A stretch of DNA of 64,000 nucleotides from Catajapyx aquilonaris (taxonomy: Eukaryota). Position numbers and translations under genes: made by a program. The notes below the pieces were generated by a model. That model saw only the letters and a list, made by a program, of their open reading frames with translations, made no database searches and had not been told where the DNA came from. The stretch lies in NCBI GenBank assembly GCA_000934665.2, contig JYFJ02000811.1, positions 1 through 64,000 on the forward strand, given 5' to 3'. Shown here in pieces: positions 13,004 through 27,296 of the stretch (its first letter is position 1; each line of letters starts with the position of its first letter).

Positions 13004-13350
13004 CTACACTCCAAAATATTTTCACTCAATCTGAACCTCATTTCACTCAAAGTTACAGTCTAAATATTTTTCAGTCAAAAATCACTCAATTTGAGACTGA
13101 AGTCAAATGATCCCTAATCTGGCGAAATTAACTGAAACGTTAGATTTTGATTTTTACGCATATTGTGCATTTATCAAAGTGAGTAAATGAAGCTGCTGAA
13201 ATCACTCAAATTGTGTGTAAATATTTTTGAATCGCCGAGTTGTTTTCCTTCATCATATGGCAAGCAGTTACACTGACACAAGACACAATCTCATCCCATA
13301 TTAGCAAACTTAATAACTTTGCACAAACTGGCAGTAAATCACTCAGAAAA
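13004..13350. mobile_element. Possible decayed non-autonomous DNA-transposon fragment
   Basis: Starts TACACTCCAAAA and carries many (T/A)TCACTCAA subrepeats (about 13021, 13042, 13081, 13201, 13338). No coding remnant and no clear second end. Confidence 0.3.
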
Positions 13351-15240
13351 TTGCATTTCATAATTTGTACAAAAAATGTATAAACGCCATCATCCACCAT
13401 AAACGTCCTTCTCGTCCAAAATTTCAGGCCATTTTCATCATTTTGCATAGTTTTTTATGCCAACCCGTGGCACTAATACCTCTTTACCACCCATATAACA
13501 ACAGCTATATCTCCATAATCCTGCTGGAATATGTCAGCTGTCCCATAGGATGCCCACAAGAACTCCTCACGGGCTGGTGACTTCTTGAACGCTCGTTTCC
13601 TCCCTTAAAACCCGGGTCTCCATCCACAAGAAAAACTGGAAGAAACGTTGTGTCAAGATCGGAGCAGCAGCGAGGTCGGTCCTAACGAGGCAGCCGAGGT
13701 CACCGCGGTCACTGCCAGAGACCATTTCCGGCAAAGCACATGTTTTTGTCCCTTTTCTTGTTCCTTCTCCCCAGGCTGAAGAAAAAGTAAACCTATATCT
13801 CCAGAGGCCCAGATCGGACGGGACGTTATTTTTACCTCCGCGTTGAGGAGAAGATGGATGAATTTGGGGGCCCAGGACTTCTCAATGTCTCAGGAGGGTT
13901 CGGAGGAGGTGACTGATTGCCCCTGGTTCAAACTCATCGGAGTCATGAACGCCCGCTAATGTTACATGATAAATTGTTGCCTTCGATACACAGCCTAAGT
14001 TGACAGAAATGGTGTGTAGATCATGAGGTGTAATATTATTTATTTAGTTAGTTATCCATGGCGCTTTGGGGACTGTCAAGTGGTCGAGAAGAATCTGAGG
14101 GTAGTAAAAACTTTGGGTTCTTCCCTGGTACCACATGCCCCACGCTACATTACCCCTACTCTTATTACCACCCTCCCCTTACTGTCTGCTATACTTGACG
14201 GATTGCATGCAAGCCTTCTGGGAAGCAGAAGGTCCAACTTATGTGTCAACTCTCAGCTGCCTTTGTCTCCAAAACTACAATGTACGCAACAATACGCTTC
14301 ATTTCATATACAGTTGCATAATGGCTGGCCAATTAATTCCGAAGTGTTTTTTTCTCATAATTAGTTGGTCCGTTACAAAAGTGTCCGATCAAAAAACGGG
14401 ACAGTATTTTTTTCCGTGAGGTTATTCATGTGAAAATTTCACACGCAAACGGTGCTAAATATATTGGTTGGAAGAATTCGGCAACTCCTCCCAAGTTTCT
14501 TCCCCCCTTTGCCTTTCACTTGACAGCACATAGATATATGCAGCAGCTAATTATGAAGGAGGAGACTTGAAAATTGCTTCCACGTTGCCGGAAGCTTATA
14601 AAGCCTATAATTGGGGAAGTTAGTGTGACATTTCAGGAACTTCCTGTCTTTCCACTTGCGCAACTAACTCGTTCTTCTTGCACGGTGTTACGGTTATTTT
14701 ACCAGTATATTCTCGGCAAGAGCGTAAAAGTTTTGCCTTTCTCTATATGGGTTTATCATGCAGCCATGGTTGTTTACATGGGAAAGGATTTCGTTTTATT
14801 GCCTCGGTTTCTACACTAATTGTTTCCACATGATGGTATATGACAGTGATATGTGCTCAATTTAATTAATGCCCTCACTCGGGGGCGTTTAATATTTGGT
14901 TATCAATATACGGATTGATGAGATTAAATGGTGTATACACAGGGGGTGGAGTTACTATTCATTACAGATATGGTACCACAATAATAAAGGAATAAACACA
15001 ATGATGTGGCATAAAATGTATTACATTGTAACACCCTGTAGACAGCGTAGAGAAATCTGCGCTCAGTTTCAATAAACTTATTAATAATTTATTCCCCTTA
15101 CGAAACCTAGGGGGGATAGTTCAATAATTTCGTACAAACTACACACGAATTACTCGTTTCAATTTAACGAATTAATATATTTAAATAATAAAAGTCGTTT
15201 TAAATAATTTAATCTAGTTAAATCACTCAAAAGGGCACAA

Positions 15241-15397
15241 GTATAGCTGTGGAAATTAATGGAGAAGCACAAGACAGTATAGCCGCCTGGCGGAGCTTTT
15301 CCTTTACGCATTAAGCAGCTTCATACAGACTGTAAAGGAAAAGACTCTCCGTCAGGCGGCGATACTTGTGCTTCTCCATTAATTTTCACCGCTGCAC
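15241..15397. repeat. Imperfect ~155-bp palindrome (~66-bp arms, ~24-nt loop) in the LIM2-homeodomain intron; MITE-like
   Basis: AAATTAATGGAGAAGCACAAG...GCCGCCTGGCGGAG.CTTTTCCTTTAC (15241-15307) pairs with GTAAAGGAAAAG..CTCCGTCAGGCGGC..CTTGTGCTTCTCCATTAATTT (15332-15397), with small indels. Confidence 0.85.
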
Positions 15398-16165
15398 GGC
15401 AATTAGTTAAAAATCAATCCAATTGCGCCTAAAACCACCTAAATCATATTGTAGAGTGTACCAAAAAAAAATTAAACGTCCATGTCCACCCGAGTCTTCA
15501 CAACCCGTCGTAAAAGTCACCACCTCATAACAATCACCCGAATTTAGCACGGCCCGTAAGTTAATACCATTGTCACGCCATTCCATCACCACCGTCCTAG
15601 AACAGAACGAAAAAACAAGCAGCATTTATCCGGACCGGTAGCAAACCAAACACCGCATGTTAGCGTCGGCGATGAGCCGCTTTGGAGACAACATCGTTGT
15701 AACTGGCACGCGGCAAACGATATGGCTAATTACTAATAAGCCTCCACCGCCTGGTTCGCGTCCAATCGACCTGTCGTCGTGATTACGCCAACTAAACGCG
15801 GACTGTCACATGCCACGTTTCGGCCCCGTTTTCTCTCTTATTATAGGGCCGCCTAATCGCAAACACATTTCAGTTTGAAAAGATGCCCGGATTTTTCTTC
15901 CGACGCTGTCACGGCCTGTTTAGTCCGCCTCTGACGGCGGATGGTGAAAGAAGATCTGGCGACAATGCGACACTCGTCGACAGCCCAAAAACTTCAAGGA
16001 ATAGGTCACGCTCGATGGACATCCCTATATGAAAGTCGACAAAAGGCGGAACGGGGCATAAGGAAGTCATTTGCATTTAATGCGGTAATAATACGCAATA
16101 AATGAGAATTTGCTTTTTCCAAGGCAAACGGACATTCGTTTGTCTTCAGAGGGGCGAATTGTTTC

Positions 16166-16187
16166 GAGAGAGAGAGAGAGAGAGAGA
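16166..16187 (+). repeat. (GA)11 microsatellite
   Basis: Direct reading. Confidence 0.9.
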
Positions 16188-18852
16188 AAAATGGGTGGGA
16201 GGTGAAAACAAGGAACGGTTTCCTCGTAATTCACACCTGTACTGTGCGGAACGAGTTTCGGCCAGTGGATTTGCGGTAGAAAATTTGCATTTTGCTGTTT
16301 GCAGGTGGATCCATTTGGATTTACTGTCCGACGATCGGTATAGATTAGACGCAATTTGGTATATTCAATAAAGATGCGCAGCTGTTTGATTGTTAATAGA
16401 CGACGTATCTCTTCAAAATGTGTAAGTCAGCTTGAGGTAGTCGGAGCACAATGCATATAGTGCTGTGACAGTATCCAGGAACCTGAACAATACTGAAACC
16501 ATACCTCGCACCTCTGACAACAAGGGTGTCTGTCTAGTGTCCGTCAGCCCCTTTTTCCCAAGCATACCTCCCTGTGTCTCGAGGGCGTGGAGTTTCACGT
16601 TGCAGTGTACGAGGATGGGAAAGCCTGAAAAGCGAGCCCCTTCACCTCTTTGACGCGGCGGCCGTTTAGGACCGGTAGGAAGGACACCCCCCCGTAGGTT
16701 ACTGCTCCGACGCCCCTCCGAACACAATCGAAACCGATCTGCGAGGACAGTGTGTCCAATGTGCCGCTGCCGACATGCCTTCCAGGTAGGCACGGCTGGG
16801 GCTCCCTGCTGGCCCCCAGTCTTTGGCCTGGCTCAGGTGATATGTTACCAACCGGTTCGACCCTCGGGTTCGGTCTTATATGCTGTCCGGTGGTTGCGTG
16901 CTGGCTCATATTTGGGCGGAAAAAAGGCTGATTTTTCGGGCATGAGGGGCGTGTTATGGGCGTAGGCAGTGTCAAGTGCTTGATTCAATCAAACACTAGG
17001 TGTTGCCAAGTGTTTCAAGTACACGAAAAACATATGAACAGCCTCGTAACAATACTCGTTTATAAAACATGGAGACTGGATTGATGTAACTAACATATCT
17101 CCAACACGCCATTTTGCACTGTGCTCACAGGGACAGTATTTGGTCCACTCCATTAGTTACTGTCAAACTATCAGCTATTTGAATAAGAACGGGTTAATAA
17201 AACATTGTCGAATTAATTCCCCGAGTTATTTGATGCTTTGTAGGCAAAAATGCCCTGCGGATTACCATGGCAAATTGGCACAGCCACAATAACGTTCGTT
17301 GGTTTTCGGGGCACAAGACGGGCAGCATTGTTGGCGTATACACAACCCACAATAATGCGATGTACCGTGCGTGAAATGGCCAGAAGACGGACAGTACTGG
17401 TGCGGTCACCCAAAAGCCATACAGACGACACCAACACAGCACGTCCGTCTCACAAAGATTCATTTCTGTTCTTCCTTTCCGAGGAACGGACATCTTTTTT
17501 TAGTTCCGCGATTATTTCTGATTTTACGTGCACCGTAGGCTTGACCCGCAGCATCCCATTCAGAAAAAATGCCTCAAAAATTTCATTCAACTGATTTGAA
17601 TTCCTCTGAATTGCAATAATTCACAAGACATCGTTTCCTATACAGTATTATACAAGTAGTTTGTGCCTGCCATACATTTCATAGAGGGGGGGGGGGGAGN
17701 GGGGGCAGAGCCTGTCTGAAAATAGTGGATGACCCTGCGGGTCTGCCTCATCCGTCGTCGCTCCGGAGTCCACTGGATGCCCATGGTTTCGAGGTATGTG
17801 CATATCCGGCAAGAAGGCGTCTCTGGCAACGGAGCGTATCGGACGAAGGGCGACAGGAGGTCGGGGGTCCCAAAAGCCTTCAGGTTGCCCCCCTGCCAGC
17901 CAGAACTGACACGTCGGCCCCTTTTTCCACCCTTACACACTATATACATCCCCCCCTTTTCCGGATAGGATCAATACTATTCCATATTTCAAGCTATTCA
18001 ATTATGTCAGGGGCGCATGCTGGATTTTACACGCCCGGGTTATGCGGTGCACAAATGGGAGCGACAAACATGTCCGAATCCCATCAGGTCCGTGTTGGCG
18101 GACCAGCCTTGCCACACGGCGCATTGCAAACACAGGCCGCTGGAGTGTTGACACAAGCCGTGGTTCAATCCAGCCAAGCCCCATTAAATTTCAAGTAGGA
18201 GGGATAATAAGTTGGAAAGGGGGGGGGGAACATGACTGTAGGGTACATCGCAACAGGAGCTGAGAACAAGATGGAGCTTCTGGGCAAATGGAAAGGGAGG
18301 GGAAAAAATATAAACATATCCGCTTCGGGTGTTTGTCGTTGCTTTCAAGTTAATAAGACTAATACGCTTCGATGGCTTCCAAAAGCCTTTTGGTTCAGGG
18401 AAAACTGTAGGGGGGAGGGGGAGTTCCTCAAATTAAAGAGATGCTCCTGTTTGTTCCTAATTATCTGCCGGAATCATTTGCAAGCGGTTGAATGTAGGTT
18501 GGCGCAAACTTAGACTTTTTGGAACTGAGACAAATGAGCCCAACTTGTGGACCTACAAATCAGGGAACCAGGAAGCAGCAGGTTTCGAACTCCACTTGCT
18601 ATTGGCAATAGGCATTTAATTTTTACTACAAGCATAACTGTCCGTTTATCTTTCCGGACTTTATGCAAATTAATGTTTAATAAATTTATTAAAAGCGCTA
18701 ACAGTAGCTCGAGTGTGAAACTGGCGGGGGTATGCGCATGCGCGAACGTGGGGGCGGCCATATTGCTCTTGCGCCAACAGTTCCATCCAGCGGCCGTTTT
18801 GCGATTACGAGCGCCATTTCTGAAAGAAAGTATTTTCCGGAGAGTGACTTAC

Positions 18853-19235
18853 CGAGCCCGGAGGCCATTCCCCGGATAGCGACGGCCAAGTCCGGCTCGA
18901 CCACCTTCCTCTTCCTGGGCCTTCCTTTCTGCACGGCTCCTACCCCGTTGAAGAAGGGCCCAAGCCTGGAGTCAGCCGAGTTTGGGGAAGGAGCCGCGGG
19001 CCGAAAGGGATCGTCCTCGGCGCCGCAGTAGTCGCTCTGAAGCAGCATCTCATAGTGGGACTTGCAGTAGATCAGATGGTCCCTCATACCGAACTGGTCA
19101 CCTTTGGTCAGCAGCCGATGGCAGGACACACAGGCGAAGCAGGCCAGGTGGTACACCAGCTCTCGAGCACGCATCACCAGCTCGTTCGCCGTGATTCCGG
19201 CCTGGCATCGCGCACAACGTTTCACCGCGAATAAC
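18853..19235 (-). CDS. ap: apterous-B-like gene, coding exon 2: LIM domain 2 plus basic linker
   Basis: Acceptor cacag|G at 19235 completes the Arg codon AG+G from exon 1. Encodes LFAVKRCARCQAGITANELVMRARELVYHLACFACVSCHRLLTKGDQFGMRDHLIYCKSHY...FFNGVGAVQKGRPRKRK; KGRPRKRK is typical of Lhx2/9/Apterous. Donor G|gtaagt after 18853 (phase 1). Length 383 nt. Confidence 0.96.
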
Positions 19236-22200
19236 CTGTGTGCACATGGGGAGGAGTAATTAGAGTACTGCAATTAGAGGGGGCGGTATGCATGCATGTG
19301 TAACTTGTAATCAGGATGCAAGAATTTGTCACATTCGGCTTATCACTGGTTCAACATGTTCACGGTCCAGGACATGTTGACGTCGCAAACACTTTATGCG
19401 CCGTCTATATTTGAAGCAATTTTCGGATAACTTTCTCAAGCAGTGCACCACCCTGTACATATGTTAAGAGCACGGAGATTGGTGCAATTTCCAGTTAAAA
19501 GTCGTCGTTATAATGTGAGCTGCAGCAATGAGGCTTCTCGAATTGGTTCTAAAACTCTGAATGGCTACAGCTTGATTGGCTGGTCGATTTATCCGTGTTT
19601 CAAGTGCGTCAGCACCTGCTCTTCTCGGCTAATATTTGCTCTCTTCCAGTTTCGATTTTTATATCGCTTTTTTAATAGACCGGTACAGGCAGGTTCCATA
19701 ATTGTCATTTTGAAGTGCGTCATGCGATGGGGTGTAACAATTGGGTATCGTTAAGCAACAGCTCTTCAAAGAGTCAGTTATGTGTTTTAAAAAGGTGCAC
19801 TCAGATATTCCTAATCATACACATACACAGGACCGGCGCTAAAAATACTTTTATTCTGCTTTAAAATACGAATTTATGCACCATTTTCACCATTTCTAAA
19901 TAGCGAAACTTCCATATATTTCACGCGTGTGTGCTGAATGAAATTACGATGGCACAACAATAGCTTAGATTATTTTAGCTTACAGTTAAAGACCGGTCCA
20001 TAGAAACAAATACGTGACTTTTCTTGCATAAGGCTGACCTATCCCCAAGAGACATCACGAATATGACATTTCCACCTCCCACATTCATGACCTGTCCCCT
20101 CCCAATTATACGCCACAAGTTTGAGTATGGCGCCAGAGTGTAACAAAAGCTCATGTCTTTTTCAAAACCGGAGTCCCTGCAAATTGAACAGTACGCAACG
20201 ACACGTGCCTTCCTTTCCGGCACCGAAATACGTGAGGAAAACATCCCTGTACGTGATGTTGGCTCATCGGTACCAATCAGCCTAACGAAGTCATGCGATG
20301 GGGAGGCACACTAAACCTAATAATTATATGGAAAGTTAGGATAACAAGAAAGCCGTGACGCCTACTGCTTATGCATATACTTCCTGCGCCTATCGTCAGC
20401 GACTATCGTTCACTTCCCGCCCAAGCAAAACACTGGCTTTATTTGGTTGTAGTTTTCTAAATTACAGCTCATAGCGATACGCTCTCAGCAGATAGCCCAT
20501 GTCAAAATGTGGGTCGAACGGAACTCTATCTGCTTCCTGCGGAAACTCATATAGTTTCCCATAGTTTTATCCCCGCAATAGCAGCACAGGAGCGCCAGTT
20601 TTACCACTTCCTTCCCTCCTTATTGGATCTCCTATTCGTATATAACACAGAAGGATGCAGCTTTATAAGAAGAAGTTTTTATCTCCGTTTTAACACCATA
20701 GCAGGTCAACCGATAGCAAACGTCGGAAGCTCCACTTCCTGACCGTTTGCTATGGAAAGTGCTCGGATCCATCTCTCAAAATGTCCGTCTTGGGAGCATT
20801 ATTATCTCTCTTCCTCTCTGCGCCACGCCACTAGAGGGGGGGCTGTTCTTCTCGAGTTTCACAGTGGGCTTGTCGATATACTGCAGCCAACCTTCCTCCT
20901 TGGGTCCTAACAAGCCATCCGGCCTTCCTATTGATTATCGAAGTCAGCAAAAGTTTTTTTACCCGGACAAAAACTTCATTTTTCTATAATCTCTAGGTCT
21001 AGCTTCAGACCCTGGAGCTGTGTAGCTATATGCGCAAACTTTTTTTGGTGGGGGTAGTGTTAGGGGGTTGAAGCATCCAGTTTCGGCCACCCTTTGCCAG
21101 GGGGCAGTCGAAGCTCTCTCCCTTCTCTCTCTCAGGGGCCAACAAAAGGCGGCCATTGTCTCAGCACAATGCGTAGCTGAAACCCCACACCAGATGTATT
21201 TTTTTTTGGGAGAGCATCTCAATGAACGTATCGCTGTCAAGTACCTAATAGCCCCCAAGGGTCGCCTCAGGACCATTCTTGAGAGATTATTGTTGGCGGA
21301 AACTTTTGTAGCGAGGTATGGGCGTGGGAAACAGTATTGCGCATAGGCCTGCATCGCTATCGAACATACTCGCTGGATTTCCGACTTAATAAGTGGAGAT
21401 AAAATTCAGCATTTTCATTGATCTTCAACTCAAACCCCGCTTATTTGTCCACTCGGGTCAGAAGGTCAGGTGCATGAATTCCTTCAAATATTTTTCCGAG
21501 AGGTTGGACATTTTCTCTACCAGTTACATGTGTGAATCAGAGGTGATGGCCAATAGGGAGGTCAGCCCTCAAAACATATTATGCTGATTAAGAATATGCT
21601 TATTTTTTAAATGACATAAACGTAGTTGGTGCTAGTTATAGGTGTACTGTAGTATTATAGGCTACTGTAGATTCACCAAGAGTAACGGGAATGTTATAAA
21701 ATTTAAATAAAATGAAGATTTCGGAAATATGACTTAATCTGCTCGTTCTCTTTCATTCATATAATCGTGTGTTTGGCCATGCCAAGCATTTTTGGAGGGA
21801 ATTTGTGCCTTATACGTGTGACTTTAGATGACAACTTACTACAAGTTACTTTTCTAAAAGGCTGGCTTGAAAGACGTGCATTTACAATTTTTTTTATTTT
21901 TTTAGATAACCACACAATAAGGCTCTTATAGAATCTGCGAGTCATTTTAATTTTTATGGCAATGGTAGAGCTTTTAAGAGATATCCTTGGAAACCTTTTT
22001 TGGCAGTTGATTTTTCTAACATCTCTAAAAATATTTACACTGTCTCTGTCATTTTGCAGTTTTGCATCAAGAGTTGTTTATGAGGCTTATGATTACACCA
22101 CTGAGCAGAAGCACCTACAAGTAACAATGCATCAACAGGACAAATGTCTGGAGGTTTTCTGTGGTGACGATTATCTTGATTGTGTGTACGTACAGTACAA

Positions 22201-25200
22201 AATAACCTACAATGAAAAGAAAAGTGACCACAAGAAATGACCACACCAGGAGGAACAAAAGTAAATAGCCTTATCTTCCAAAAAGTGGAAAAGTCACGAA
22301 TATAAAAGCAGGTATCATTTTGATCCATGCGACAACAATTATAATTTGTCATGAACTGTGAATTAAAACCTTAAGCAGTATAGAGTGCTTGAATAAAACA
22401 CTTTACAAGCACACACAAGTCATGTGAACAACAATTTTCATACGACTCCTGCAGACTTTACTTCACGTGAACATAACTTATACAGGCTTCGTCAAGTCAC
22501 GCGATGTTTAATCTCATTGTTCTGATTAATTTTTAATCGCCTTATTGATTGCACTCACACATTGTGGGTTCCTGCCTACACTCTCATTCTGGTTAAGTTA
22601 CCTCTAATAGAAGTAAAATTATTGCCAAGAAATGACCCCTATACAGAGAGAAGTAATAATGTGACCTCCATATTTAGAAATGACAAATAGGTACATATAT
22701 CTGTATACAGTAAATGTAAATTGCCCCTTTATCACTTGTTATTGGAATATGTTACTCGTATATTCTATACTTGGTTACTTCAAAGATAAATCGCTCAACT
22801 GAAAATTGCAAGTCTTGGCATGACATTGGTCTACTATTGTTAATTGCAAAATTGTAGCCCGTACTGATCTGCTACCAGGTGAAGATAAATTAAATAAATT
22901 AAAGGACTCTAATAAAATAAATTAAGTTGAAATCTATTCAGCCCTAAACTCATCCGAGTCTCTAATTACGTGATGCGACAAGCATTACCACATCATCCAA
23001 CAATCCTTCGTGATGCCTTCACCGACTGGTGCACTTTCACATAAGGGCTTGCAATTTTTCCGCATACTTCATGATGCTAACACACAACCGCGGCTGATGT
23101 TTTGCGAAATTTATGATGCATGTGATGCGTAATTATGGTAATGCATCACGAAAACATCCTTATCATCCCCGCATGGTAAATCACTCCAATGTCTTGCGCA
23201 GCCTGTAAATTAGTCAGTAATGCCAGCACTCAGTGTTGTGTGAATGGCACAATGCAGACATAAATGCATCCTACTTAATGTGACCTTTAATGAAACAGTA
23301 ATCCTCTTGCAATTCAGTGTGACGTGACATGTCATAATCCTCTTATACACTTAGAAAAAAAACATGGTATTTTTTTGACAATATCGGTCGCATTCAAAAT
23401 TCGTTTTTGTTTCTCTGACGTAATTCATTAGGCCATTCTTCAGCCTGCTCGCGTTGCAGATGTTGCGTTCAACACATTAAATTACGGTGTTGAAAAATAC
23501 GCATTAGTGAAAGCGCAACGAGCCTGATTACGCTTATTTCGTCGATCCTGATCTTTGGGTGGGCGTAAAAAGGAGAGCATAACCCATCATATACATTAAG
23601 CGAGCCGCAAGGCCGCCAACTGGTTCCAATTTAATTTAATTAAAACTCCAAACGGAGCACCGAGTTCAACGTTCAGACGACGCACGCCTCCAACACACGC
23701 TTTCCTTTAAAAAATTTGAAAAAAATAAAAATAAAGGGGTTTGAACCAAGTCGATTAGGATTTACAATCCGATAATAACTTTAATGGAGCGGATAATTTT
23801 CGCACATTGACGAATCGTTTGCCTTCTTTCTTCGCACCCACTCGCAAACCAGTTTCCAAGCCCCTCAGATAGCATCGTATAATATAGAGTGAAACACATG
23901 CCAGTTCCAGTTATGCACCGTGCTGCACCGCAGGGTGTTAGCAATTAAGGTCCCGGAAATTTATATACATCAGATGCGAAATTTAGCAGGCGTTGTCCTA
24001 ATTCCTTACACACACTCGCTGGCTCTGCTAAAAATTAAGGAGTAAATAATTGCGAGGTATTAGCAGGAGTGTGGTGCAAATGAGGCCATCAAGATGATAT
24101 ATCCAGCTCAGAAATGGTAACAATTAATTACTTTGATACAATTAGTACAAGTAGGAATCACTCGGGTCTAAACACATCCTCTAATAACTCTCTGCTTAAT
24201 GACTCCGTGTCGTAGTTTCCACTTCGTATATTTAGGATTACAAGTGAAAATCTGGCAAAAAAAATTGTGTGTAAAGGGAAAAAAAAGGCCGAAGAGACCA
24301 TAAAACCTCGGTTCCACCAGACTCATCCAGCGCCTTAGGTGACTGCGTGCAGGTCACTGGTTTGGCCCGGGTATAAAATGATGATTGCTGCTATCATTGG
24401 CCTGCGTGAAGGATTACAGTTTCGGAGCCGGCCAACAGGCTTTTGTTGGGGCGCATTTTTATACCAAAGGCAGCAACAGCAGCTCGAGTCAGCAGGACTC
24501 GAATTATAGCCTGCTTGGAGACCATTAAGTTTCCTCAGGGGGGCGTAAGGGGGATGAGAGCACAAACTGATTTACCACGTTCTAATAGCGCTTTTTCAAC
24601 ACACTCTGGTGTGTCAAACATATTATACCGAGTGGCTATTATCATAATGTGATATTAAGTGCTGAGGGGCAGTGGTTCAGTATATGGTTAAAAAAAATGA
24701 GACAGGTGGGTGTGGGAGATGTAATTACAAGATTTTTTACAGCTCCAAAAAAAACCGTTCTAAGAAGTGTCCTGCAGACAAAAACATTGGTGGCTACAAT
24801 ATTATTGCACTGTCACCCTAATCAGCGACGGAGCCCACACCAGTATTTTCCTCAATACTGATTGTTCCCAACACGAACGAAAAACGTGGAAAAAGGACGG
24901 TTTTCAGGAGACGAATGTTTGATTAACCTAATTCTATACAAGTTTCCAACAAAAAAAAATCATGGGAAAGTTACAACAGTTCGCTGTAATTTTTTTATAT
25001 AGACCTATCTTTTCGAGAGTCTGCGCTTATGACCGTGAGAGCCTAAAAGCTAAACTAAAAATTTCTCAGCGAAGTGACGCCTCCGTTTTCCAAGAAGAGC
25101 CAGGAGGTTTACTGCACCTCGTATAACGAGAATTTACGAGGTCTGACGGAGGGTACTGTAACACAGCCACGGTCATTATGAGTTATAAAGTCGCTGAACA

Positions 25201-27296
25201 TATCAAATTCATAAGCGGATTTCGAGAGACGCGAAATCCTTTTCGAGAAAACATCAGTCGCAAGTGATTTCCAGAGAGAAGTTACTTTGTAGTACAGAAT
25301 TAGAACAGTTTAATGTAATCGTTGCTGGCAGTAAGACACACGTGCCAATGATTTCAAATATTTTTTGGTGGATATTTATACAGTGGATTAAGGGAATGTG
25401 TAGTATATTTGTAGACTGATTTGTTGATCACAAAGTACCACCTATACGGATTCGGTACATAAATTACAGTGCACCTATACTCCTGGAAGTGACTGTGTAT
25501 TTATAGAGCGTATATTATTGTTCAAACACAACCGATGCGTAGATCAATCGTACTTGATCTGCGCAGTGTCCTCCATTGAACTGTATACAGAGCACAAGTG
25601 TTGTGCACAAAAAAGGAGGGCAGCAGGCGTGTCAATAAGGGTTGTTGGCTCCATGCATGCACTTAGGACGACAACCTGCCGCATTGGTCCATTATGCACG
25701 GCGCTGATATTGTTTGTACCACGGTCATGCGGCGCACCGCACCGTTTTAATCACCCTCTGATTTATCATCCTAAGTACCCTGCACTTGACGCGTGAAAAA
25801 GAAGATTTTGCGGAGAACTGACAATTTTTTAAACCCTCCTCTAAAAGGATCATTCGCAAAAATATGCTTATAATCCGACCCGCTCGTTATCACCCACTCT
25901 AATTAAATACACTTACTATCCAGCACTTGTCCCGAGATTTCCTTTGCGGTTCGCCACAATAGTGTTCCCCCCATTCTATTTTTATTGGCCACACTCTACA
26001 TTGATGGGCGGTTTGAATCACTTCCATCGGCTCAAAAGATGCCCGTCGGCCGTGTGAATGATGGCAATTCCAGGGCTATATACACACACATAAAAACCCA
26101 GGGTTCGGGGTTAAAGATTCGCAGCCATATCCGCCATATTGATATTTGAAACGACCTCCTCCGCACCTGGCTTGATTGATCAGGGGGGAAAAAAAAACTA
26201 CGCCCTATAATTTTTTTTTGGAGGTCCCACTATTATTAAGCGAGACCTGAGGTGCAATCCGTCAACAGGTCGGGGTGATTTAATAATTGGGCTGGATCTG
26301 ATCCAGGAGGTTTTAGGAGGCGCCTAGGTGGTCACGCAGTAGAAACACCTGTAAATTAATGGGTCGAATGGAGGTGGGCTGAGGAGCAGAGAAGAATAAA
26401 TCCTCAATTTACATGGCTACCGCATGTGCATGCCGATTTGGATCATGTGGGTCCTATGTAAAGAGGTTGGGGGGAAAAAAATATTGGGGCGGGAGAAGTA
26501 AAAGGAGAAGAGAAAAAAGTGAGGACAAGCCTTCTCGAGCCAGTAAAGATCGGTCGTAAAGATATACACACTGTGGAGGACTCATCAGGTGAGCTCACAT
26601 ACTCGGGAGCGTTTCACCTTTTTTGGAGGGGGACGGAAAGGTATGTACACATGCAAAAATATTCGATTGTACTCTCCTGTGTTGTAAAACTCATTGCAAA
26701 GTGTATTAAGGTTGAGATGAGCTCTCATGCTGTATGCGGCTCTTTACAATATACGGGTTTTATCGTAAAAGCCTACTCCCTCGGGGGGTCGAGTCTTCAA
26801 CAATATTTTTTATGGCCACGAATTGGCGCTTGTAACAGATTGTAAAAGGTTTTAAGGACGTGATATTCGGGAGATCAAATTGGTTTTTTGGTTTCTTTCA
26901 TTTTGGTCTCCTCACCGATATTTACGACATGTGATATAAGCCTCACGAGCCTGCGTACCGGTATGTGGATATGCCATCAGGGGAGTATAAGTAGCAAAGA
27001 CTTCGCACTTTCCCTGCCTGCACATGACCTCTCTGCACTATCATGCGAACCTTTCCATGTGTAATAAACACCATCAGGTAAAAATATATCGCCTGCATGC
27101 GAAAGTGCATGTGCATTGTCTAGAACTTGATCAATGTGTACAGTACAGTACAATGTATGTTTATTCCAGAACTGTTCAATATGTGACCGTGCACAGCTGG
27201 CGTCTAATATACATAAATTATTTGAATATCGCTTGATAATTTGATACTCATGCATGGTCATTTTTTTTTATTTGAATAATGGCTTCTTACATGTAC

